Positions 25,416 to 32,000 of a stretch of DNA of 32,000 bases are shown here, piece by piece. This DNA is from an uncultured Marinifilaceae bacterium (lineage in GTDB: Bacteria > Bacteroidota > Bacteroidia > Bacteroidales > Marinifilaceae), in the NCBI GenBank assembly GCA_963977525.1, contig CAXBPC010000016.1, forward strand, positions 35,136 to 67,135, read 5' to 3'. Within the stretch, counting starts at the first letter, position 1. Each line of letters starts with the position of its first letter. Both the position numbers and the translations under genes were made by a program. A model generated the notes under the pieces. It made no database searches and had not been told where the DNA came from. It saw nothing but the letters and a program-made list of their open reading frames with translations.

Positions 25416-25450
25416 AAAGGTTCGAAGTTTCTACTTCGAGCCTTTTTTTT
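25416..25450 (+). terminator. Rho-independent terminator
   Basis: AAAGGTTCGAAGT / ACTTCGAGCCTTT stem (one G-U pair), TTCT loop, and a T-run (TTTTTTTT counting from within the stem). Confidence 0.8.
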
Positions 25451-25718
25451 ATTTCTCAATATCTGCTACAAATTATATTTTACAGTAAAGAATGTTTTTC
25501 AAAAATTATTTTTAACACTCATATTAACAATAAAAACAGATAACTAAATCCAGAAATACAAAATTCATCTAATATCATAATTAAGAGCATTTTAAGTTCA
25601 TGGTGGATTAAAATTCAAGTTTACAATAATTTTGTTTTATTGATTGATTTCTTAAATATCAAATCATACATATCTAATTAAGGTGAGTTAAATATTAAAA
25701 AAAAATGTATATAATTGT

Positions 25719-25758
25719 TAACCCAATTTGACCACGACTAACCCAAACCGACCATGAA
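25719..25758 (+). repeat. Tandem 20-nt repeat overlapping the sigma-factor start codon
   Basis: TAACCCAATTTGACCACGAC followed by TAACCCAAACCGACCATGAA, identical at 15 of 20 positions. The ATG at 25754 lies inside unit 2. Confidence 0.5.
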
Positions 25759-26293
25759 ATGCCTAAGCAATTCCCTTCTAAAGGAATTTAGAAATGGGGA
25801 TAATATAGCTTTTAAAAAGATATACGACCGTTATTTTAACGCCTTGTATTTGTTTGGGATGAAATATATTCCCGACCAAAGTGTGATGGAGGATATTTTG
25901 CAAGAAGTGTTCATTAAAACTTGGGAGAAACGAGCTTTCTTCTTCCATGAATTAGCATTAAAAACATTCCTATATAAATCAGTGAAAAATTCCTGCCTAA
26001 ACCATATCGAACATCAAGCAGTTCAAAAGAAATTCGAAAACAGACAAGATCAAAACGCATTTTCAGAGAATACATTCTACAAAAATATTATTGAAGAGGA
26101 AGTTAATCGTCATATTACTGACGCTATGAAAGAACTTCCTGAATCTGCAAGAATCATATATCTACTTAGTTTAAACGGTGTTAAAAACAAAGATATTGCA
26201 GAAGATTTAAAAATATCAGTCAATACTGTCAAAACACAAAAGCTTAGAGCAACAAGAATTCTAAAAGAAAAACTAAAAAAAATTGACAATTAA
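25754..26293 (+). CDS. ECF-type RNA polymerase sigma-70 factor
   Basis: Region 2 DILQEVFIKTWEK and region 4 HTH DIAEDLKISVNTVKTQKLRA. 179 aa. Followed by a FecR gene. Confidence 0.9.
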   Translation: MKCLSNSLLKEFRNGDNIAFKKIYDRYFNALYLFGMKYIPDQSVMEDILQEVFIKTWEKRAFFFHELALKTFLYKSVKNSCLNHIEHQAVQKKFENRQDQNAFSENTFYKNIIEEEVNRHITDAMKELPESARIIYLLSLNGVKNKDIAEDLKISVNTVKTQKLRATRILKEKLKKIDN

Positions 26294-26336
26294 ACAAACT
26301 CATACACAACCACATACAATTACATCTTAAAAAAAA

Positions 26337-26371
26337 GGGGAAACAAAAATTATTTTTTGTCACCCCTTTTT
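26337..26371 (+). terminator. Hairpin plus T-run between the sigma and anti-sigma genes
   Basis: GGGGAAACAAAAAT pairs with ATTTTTTGTCACCCC (4 bp, a 2-nt mismatch, then 7-8 bp), followed by TTTTT. An A-run precedes it. Confidence 0.45.
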
Positions 26372-26418
26372 CAATTCTACCTGTTTAAGCAGATACAAAC
26401 AACTAATTATTTTATAAG

Positions 26419-27594
26419 ATGACCGAATTACATTCCATATTTAAAATTGCAGAGCTTATTGCAAAAAGGCTGGAAGGGAAGTTGACTGAAGAGGAAGATT
26501 TGCGACTAAATGAATGGAAGTACGATAACCAAGAAAACTTAGCTCTCTACCATAAATTATCAAAAAATCCAGAGAGCAATTACTTTAAAAATGAAGATCA
26601 GCTAGAAGGCGTAAAAAGTGATGAGATATGGCAGAATATAAACAACAACATCAAGCAGAAAAAAACAAGAACATTTAGAACTGAATTTATAAAGTATGCT
26701 GCTAGTCTAATTGTTATAGGAATAAGTGTTTTCTTTTTAATTGATTCACTTCCACAAAAACAAACAAGTAAAATTGCAGTTATAACGCCAGGGAAAAACC
26801 AAGCACTCTTGATAAGAGAAGAGGGAGAACCAATAGTTCTTGATGAATTCTTAAAGCTAAAGGAAGATGGCTTAGAAATCAATAACACAGATGGTCATCT
26901 AGTGTATAAGTCAAATAATAAAGCTATTTCCAAAGAAAAAGTAAGTACAAACTCTATAATCATCCCCAAGGGTGGCGAATACAATCTAACGCTTAGCGAT
27001 GGAACAAAAATCTGGCTTAACTCACATTCTAAATTAAAATACCCAACAAGATTCACAGGTAAAGAACGGATTGTAGAGTTGGAAGGTGAAGCCTATTTTG
27101 ATGTAAGCAAAAATAAAGATTTCCCTTTTATTGTGAAGATGAATGGCATCCAAATTAAAGTCCTTGGAACCTCTTTCAATGTGAATGCTTACTCTGATGA
27201 AGATGAAATTATCACCACTCTTGTTGAAGGTAAAGTTGAAGTAAGTGACATACTAAGAGAACAGAAAGAAATATTAACACCTAACGATCAGTACAGTATC
27301 AATATTCACAATGGTAACTACAAAAAAACAATTGTAGATACTGACATTTTTACTGCTTGGAAAGATGGTCGTTTTGTTTTTAATAATGAAAAACTCGAAA
27401 ACATCATGGTTCGCTTATCAAGATGGTATAATGTAGAAGTCTTTTTTCAGAACAATGAATCTAAAAATATTCGATTTTCTGGTGACCTAGCTAGATATGA
27501 AGATTTCAATAGTATACTTGAAATGATAGAAATGACCGAAAAGGTAAAATTCAATATAAAAAACAGAAGTGTTTTAGTCAACAATACACATTAA
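26419..27594 (+). CDS. FecR-family anti-sigma factor
   Basis: N-terminal cytoplasmic anti-sigma segment, a single TM (AASLIVIGISVFFLI), a FecR domain (GGEYNLTLSDGTKIWLNSHSKLKYP) and a DUF4974-like C-terminus (LENIMVRLSRWYNVEVFF). Confidence 0.9.
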   Translation: MTELHSIFKIAELIAKRLEGKLTEEEDLRLNEWKYDNQENLALYHKLSKNPESNYFKNEDQLEGVKSDEIWQNINNNIKQKKTRTFRTEFIKYAASLIVIGISVFFLIDSLPQKQTSKIAVITPGKNQALLIREEGEPIVLDEFLKLKEDGLEINNTDGHLVYKSNNKAISKEKVSTNSIIIPKGGEYNLTLSDGTKIWLNSHSKLKYPTRFTGKERIVELEGEAYFDVSKNKDFPFIVKMNGIQIKVLGTSFNVNAYSDEDEIITTLVEGKVEVSDILREQKEILTPNDQYSINIHNGNYKKTIVDTDIFTAWKDGRFVFNNEKLENIMVRLSRWYNVEVFFQNNESKNIRFSGDLARYEDFNSILEMIEMTEKVKFNIKNRSVLVNNTH

Positions 27595-27693
27595 AAAAAA
27601 ATACGGAGAAAGCTTGCAACAATCCCCGTACCTGCCAATAAATCATTTCTGTTGAAGCAGAAATGGAATACTAACCAAATCAATTATAAAATT

Positions 27694-30600
27694 ATGGAAA
27701 AAAAACGAGAAAAGTCTTTCTATTTTTCTGAGAATATTCTCAGAGGGAAAAGACTATTACTCACGCTCTTAATGGTAGGCGTGATACACGTGAGTTCATT
27801 TGGAGCTCCACAGCCTATTTCTTTTGATTTACAAACAAACAACAGCTCTTTAATAGAGGTACTTAACTCTATTAAAGATCAGTCTGATTACACTTTTCTT
27901 TACAGTGTAGAAGATGTTGAAGGGTTTGATAATATCTCGATAACAAATAAAGATGCGGATATTAAAGAAATTTTAGATGAGAGTCTTAAAGGTACAAACC
28001 TTGAGTACAAGATTAAAGATAAGGTTATCATTATCAAACCTGCTGTTAAGACACCGTCTAATAAAATAAAGGCAGCACAGGAGAACAAGACAATTTCTGG
28101 TGTTGTTACTGATGATCAAGGTGAAACTTTACCTGGCGTATCTGTTGTAATTAAAGGAACAAGTACAGGAGTTTCAACTGACATTGATGGTAAATATCAA
28201 ATTGAAGTGCCAACAAATGGTGCAACTTTAGTGTTTTCTTTTGTAGGAATGAACCCTAAAGAAGTTAAAATCAAAAATCAAACACAACTAAACATCACTT
28301 TAGAATCTTCATCGGAAAGTCTAAACGAAGTTGTTGTAACAGGTATGCTCTCAACTGATAAACGATTATTTACTGGAGCTAGTGAGAAATTACAAGCCAA
28401 AGAGATAAAATTGGCAGGTATCCATGACATAAGTAGATCTCTTGAAGGTCGAGCAGCAGGTGTATCTGTACAAAATGTATCGGGTACTTTTGGTGCTGCA
28501 CCAAAAATTCGTGTTCGTGGTGCTACTTCTATTTATGGTAGTTCAAAGCCATTATGGGTTGTTGATGGAATAATCCTAGAAGACGTAGTTGAACTTACTT
28601 CAGACGCACTTTCTTCAGGAGATGTATCAACTCTAATTAGTTCTGCAATTGCTGGCTTAAACTCTGACGATATTGAAAGTTTTGAGGTTTTGAAAGATGG
28701 TTCTGCAACTTCTATCTATGGTGCACGAGCAATGGCCGGTGTAATTGTTATTACAACTAAAAAAGGTAAAGCTGGTGTAAGTCGTATTTCATATACAGGT
28801 GAATTTACTTCAAGATTAACACCTTCGTATGGTGATTTCAATATCATGAATTCGCAAGAACAAATGTCTGTTTACGAAGATATGCGTGAAGGTGGATGGC
28901 TTAATTATGCTGATGTAGCAAATGCTTCTGAAAGTGGAGTTTACGGTAGAATGTACCAGAGACTTAACCAAACAGATGCTGCTGGAAATTTTTTGCTAAA
29001 AAATACACCACAAGCAAAAGCTGCTTTTTTACGTCAAGCTGAAAATAGAAATACAGATTGGTTCAAAGAATTATTCAATACCAACTTGATGCAGAGTCAT
29101 TCAATAAGTATGTCTTCAGGTACTGAAAAGGCAACTTATTACGCATCTATGAGTGCATTGCTTGATCCAGGTTGGACTCAATCTAGTAAGGTGAACCGTT
29201 ATACAGCTAATTTTAAGTCGAATTATAATATTTTAGATAATCTATCTTTCAACACAATTAGTAATGCTTCTTATAGAAAGCAAAAAGCACCAGGAACATT
29301 ATCACAGGACACTGATGCAGTTACTGGTAAAGTGAAAAGAGATTTCGATATTAATCCATACTCTTTCGCATTGAATTCATCAAGAACTTTAGATCCTGAT
29401 GCATTTTACACTCGTAATTATGCTCCATTTAATATCAAAAAAGAGTTAAACGAAAACTACATCGATCTTAATGTAGTTGACGTTAAATTCCAAACCGAGT
29501 TGAGATGGAAAGTGACTCCAAAAGTGGTATTGAGTGCATTGGGTGCTATCAAGTATCAATCAACTTCACAAGAGCACAACATTACTGAGTTTTCGAATCA
29601 AGCTGAAGCTTATCGAGCTATGCCAAACTCAACCATACGTGATAAAAACTCTTTCTTATATACCGATCCTGATGATCCTTACGCATTACCAGTAAGTGTT
29701 TTACCAGAAGGAGGAATTTATAAGCGTACAGATTATAGTATGTTAGGGTATGACTTCAGAACTACAGCTTCATATAAAGATGTCTATAATGATATTCATA
29801 TTATAAACCTATATGGTGGTATGGAGATAAATTCTTCAGATCGTAAAAAAACAAACAATACGGGCTGGGGAATGCAATACTCTATGGGTGAGATTCCTTT
29901 CTATGATTATAAACTGTTTAAAAAAGGTGTTGAAAATAACAACCTATACTATGGTGTTGAAAACACTAGATACCGTAATATGGCGTTCTTTGGAAACGCA
30001 ACTTATTCTTACAAGCACAGATATACCATTAACGGTACTCTTCGCTATGAGGGATCAAATAAACTAGGTAAGTCAAACAGTGCTCGTTGGTTACCAACTT
30101 GGAATATTTCTGGTGCATGGAATGCTCATGAGGAGGATTTCTTCAATCAATTTAAGCCTATTCTATCAAACTTTACTCTTAAAGGATCGTATAGTTTAAC
30201 TGCAGATAGAGGTCCTAGTGATGTAACTAATTCATTAGTTGATATTAGAAGTAAAACACCTTGGAGACCAACTGCTGGTATGAAGGAGAGTGGTTTAGAA
30301 ATCTCTTCACTTGAAAATAGTGAATTAACTTATGAGAAGAAGCATGAGATTAATATTGGAGCTGAGATAGGCTTCCTAAACAACCGTATCAATACAACAA
30401 TGGACTGGTATACACGTGATAATTTCGATTTGATTGGAATTGTGAAGACTCAAGGTCTTGGTGGTGAAGGAACGAAATATGGTAATGTTGCAAATATGGA
30501 ATCTCACGGATTTGAATTCTCCATTTCGACAAAAAATATTCAAACTCAAAATTTCTCATGGGTAACTAATTTTGTTTATTCAAAAGCTAAAAATAAGGTC

Positions 30601-31344
30601 ACTGAACTAAACACAGTTTCAACCGTAATGGATCTTGTTTCTGGTTCTGGTTTTGCAAGAGAAGGCTACGATGTTCGTTCAATTTTCTCTATTCCTTTTA
30701 AAGGAATAAATGAGCAAGGTTTACCAACATTCTTAGATCAAGACGAAAATGTAACTGTAAGCGATATCTATTTTCAAGAAAGTGATAAACTTGATTTCTT
30801 AGAATATTCCGGTTCAACTGATCCTACTGACATTGGTAGTTTGAGTAATGTATTTACTTATAAAGGAATTAGTCTTAATGTCTTTATGACTTATGCATTT
30901 GGTAATGTCGTTCGTTTAGACCCTATTTTTGACAGCTCTTATTCTGACCTTATAGCTCTACCTAGAGAATTTAAAAATCGTTGGGTAATACCAGGTGATG
31001 AAGCTTATACTAATGTTCCTACTATAGCAACTGTTAGACAAGAAAGAAATATTGGAGATTCAGAACTTGCAATAGCTTATAATGCTTACAATTATTCTTC
31101 GGCTCGTATTGCTAAAGGTGATTTCATTAGAATGAAACAAATTTCATTGGCATACGAATTCCCTAAAACCATTACGGGAAGACTAGGAGTTAACAACCTG
31201 TCGCTTAGATTGCAAGCGACCAACTTGTTCCTATTATATTCTGATGATAAATTAAATGGTCAAGATCCTGAATTTTTCAACTCAGGAGGTGTAGCAGCAC
31301 CAGTGCCTAAGCAGTTTACATTTACATTGAAGTTAGGTTTATAA
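27694..31344 (+). CDS. SusC/RagA-family TonB-dependent outer-membrane transporter with an N-terminal STN signalling domain
   Basis: I prefer the ATG at 27694 to the TTG at 27652 given in the ORF track. STN domain (ISFDLQTNNSSLIEVLNSI...IIIKP), carboxypeptidase-regulatory-like domain (ISGVVTDDQGETLPGVSVVIKGT), plug (EVLKDGSATSIYGARAMAGVIVITTKKG), a long beta-barrel and a terminal aromatic-rich strand FTFTLKLGL. Confidence 0.9.
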   Translation: MEKKREKSFYFSENILRGKRLLLTLLMVGVIHVSSFGAPQPISFDLQTNNSSLIEVLNSIKDQSDYTFLYSVEDVEGFDNISITNKDADIKEILDESLKGTNLEYKIKDKVIIIKPAVKTPSNKIKAAQENKTISGVVTDDQGETLPGVSVVIKGTSTGVSTDIDGKYQIEVPTNGATLVFSFVGMNPKEVKIKNQTQLNITLESSSESLNEVVVTGMLSTDKRLFTGASEKLQAKEIKLAGIHDISRSLEGRAAGVSVQNVSGTFGAAPKIRVRGATSIYGSSKPLWVVDGIILEDVVELTSDALSSGDVSTLISSAIAGLNSDDIESFEVLKDGSATSIYGARAMAGVIVITTKKGKAGVSRISYTGEFTSRLTPSYGDFNIMNSQEQMSVYEDMREGGWLNYADVANASESGVYGRMYQRLNQTDAAGNFLLKNTPQAKAAFLRQAENRNTDWFKELFNTNLMQSHSISMSSGTEKATYYASMSALLDPGWTQSSKVNRYTANFKSNYNILDNLSFNTISNASYRKQKAPGTLSQDTDAVTGKVKRDFDINPYSFALNSSRTLDPDAFYTRNYAPFNIKKELNENYIDLNVVDVKFQTELRWKVTPKVVLSALGAIKYQSTSQEHNITEFSNQAEAYRAMPNSTIRDKNSFLYTDPDDPYALPVSVLPEGGIYKRTDYSMLGYDFRTTASYKDVYNDIHIINLYGGMEINSSDRKKTNNTGWGMQYSMGEIPFYDYKLFKKGVENNNLYYGVENTRYRNMAFFGNATYSYKHRYTINGTLRYEGSNKLGKSNSARWLPTWNISGAWNAHEEDFFNQFKPILSNFTLKGSYSLTADRGPSDVTNSLVDIRSKTPWRPTAGMKESGLEISSLENSELTYEKKHEINIGAEIGFLNNRINTTMDWYTRDNFDLIGIVKTQGLGGEGTKYGNVANMESHGFEFSISTKNIQTQNFSWVTNFVYSKAKNKVTELNTVSTVMDLVSGSGFAREGYDVRSIFSIPFKGINEQGLPTFLDQDENVTVSDIYFQESDKLDFLEYSGSTDPTDIGSLSNVFTYKGISLNVFMTYAFGNVVRLDPIFDSSYSDLIALPREFKNRWVIPGDEAYTNVPTIATVRQERNIGDSELAIAYNAYNYSSARIAKGDFIRMKQISLAYEFPKTITGRLGVNNLSLRLQATNLFLLYSDDKLNGQDPEFFNSGGVAAPVPKQFTFTLKLGL

Positions 31345-31362
31345 AAGCAAAAAAGATATAAC

Positions 31363-32000
31363 ATGAAAAGAACACATATAATATTTATAGCCTTACTTGG
31401 CATATTTGCTGCTTCGTGCGACTCTTATCTCGACGAAACACCAGATAACCGTGCTGAGGTTGATAGCCAGACAAAAATAAGAAAGCTATTAGTGTCTGCT
31501 TATACTGAGGGGAATCATGCATTAGTTACTGAATATGCATCAGATAATATTGATGATACGGGAAGTATCAACCCATACTCTACTCGCTTTGACGAGCAAC
31601 TTGCCAATTGGATTGATCTAACTGAAGTAGACAATGACGACACTCAAACTTTTTGGGAGAAAACCTATTTAGCAATTGCTCATTCAAATGAAGCTTTAGC
31701 AGCAATCGCAGAAATAGGTGAAGAAAATTTGTTGCCTGAGAAAGGTGAAGCCTTAATTACACGTGCCTACTCACACTTTTTATTGGTCAATGTGTTTTGT
31801 AAGCATTACAATTCACAGTCGAGCGCAACTGACCTTGGAATTACTTATATGGAGAAATCGGAGACAACTCTCGATCCTAAGTATGATAGAGGAAATGTAA
31901 AAGACGTGTACGAGAAGATTAATGCAGATATTGAAGCAGCCTTGCCTCTTATCAGTGATGATATCTATGAAATAAGTACATATCACTTTACTAAAAAAGC
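31363..32000 (+). CDS. SusD/RagB-family nutrient-binding lipoprotein (3-prime end outside the window)
   Basis: Absent from the ORF track because the frame runs off the window. ATG at 31363, 19 nt after the SusC stop. MKRTHIIFIALLGIFAASC is a lipoprotein signal. TPR-like SusD N-terminal features include FWEKTYLAIAHSNEAL and GEALITRAYSHFLLVNVF. Confidence 0.85.
   Translation, partial: MKRTHIIFIALLGIFAASCDSYLDETPDNRAEVDSQTKIRKLLVSAYTEGNHALVTEYASDNIDDTGSINPYSTRFDEQLANWIDLTEVDNDDTQTFWEKTYLAIAHSNEALAAIAEIGEENLLPEKGEALITRAYSHFLLVNVFCKHYNSQSSATDLGITYMEKSETTLDPKYDRGNVKDVYEKINADIEAALPLISDDIYEISTYHFTKK

Noticed and set aside
27652-27693. TTG start at 27652 for the SusC-like gene, as in the ORF track
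   Set aside because: An ATG at 27694 gives MEKKREKSFYF... followed by a hydrophobic signal-like segment. The extra 14 residues (MKQKWNTNQINYKI) add nothing recognisable. I kept it only as an alternative.
1-32000. Scan for CRISPR arrays, tRNA/rRNA genes, transposase/integrase/reverse-transcriptase genes and att-like direct repeats
   Set aside because: I found no regularly spaced 25-40 nt repeats, no tRNA-like T-arm or acceptor pattern, and no recombinase-like ORF. A visual scan can miss divergent small RNAs, so tRNAscan-SE or cmscan would be the proper check.

Overview
This is about 32 kb of a low-GC Bacteroidota-type chromosome. That assignment rests on a SusC/SusD pair with an ECF sigma/FecR module, a GldH-like lipoprotein and a GYDIA-type GHMP kinase. 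I found no rRNA, tRNA, CRISPR array, transposase, integrase or reverse transcriptase. All family names come from motifs read by eye, because no database search was possible.

Gene content, left to right:
- Two tandem coiled-coil lipoprotein paralogs; the first is cut by the window edge.
- A small membrane protein.
- An orphan 248-aa helical protein.
- A six-gene minus-strand mevalonate/isoprenoid operon: acyl-CoA dehydrogenase, type-2 IPP isomerase, class II HMG-CoA reductase, GYDIA-family GHMP kinase, diphosphomevalonate decarboxylase and mevalonate kinase.
- A membrane-anchored MutS-domain-V ATPase.
- An orphan NfeD.
- holB, a PSP1-domain protein, gldH-like, trmB, a Cys-less MGMT (ATL-like) protein and an Mrp/ApbC ATPase.
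- A low-GC islet of small ORFs downstream of metG.
- An LD-carboxypeptidase, a GxxExxY protein, YraN, YjbR/MmcQ and a secreted C1 (PepC-like) peptidase.
- The start of a polysaccharide utilisation locus (PUL): ECF sigma, FecR anti-sigma, STN-domain SusC-like transporter and a 3-prime-truncated SusD-like protein.

I do not see a complete, obviously novel multi-gene system. The parts most worth a second look:
1. The 248-aa orphan gene, bracketed by an 11/12 inverted repeat and followed by a GTGAG-motif array.
2. The GxxExxY gene, flanked by CGCAAAG-containing inverted repeats, with a related solo hairpin upstream of metG.
3. The mevalonate operon, with a GYDIA kinase in the phosphomevalonate-kinase slot, a leading acyl-CoA dehydrogenase and no HMG-CoA synthase.
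4. The transmembrane MutS paralog.
5. A 51-codon ORF with an in-frame TGA just upstream and its own terminator, which looks like an SPFH C-terminal relic.
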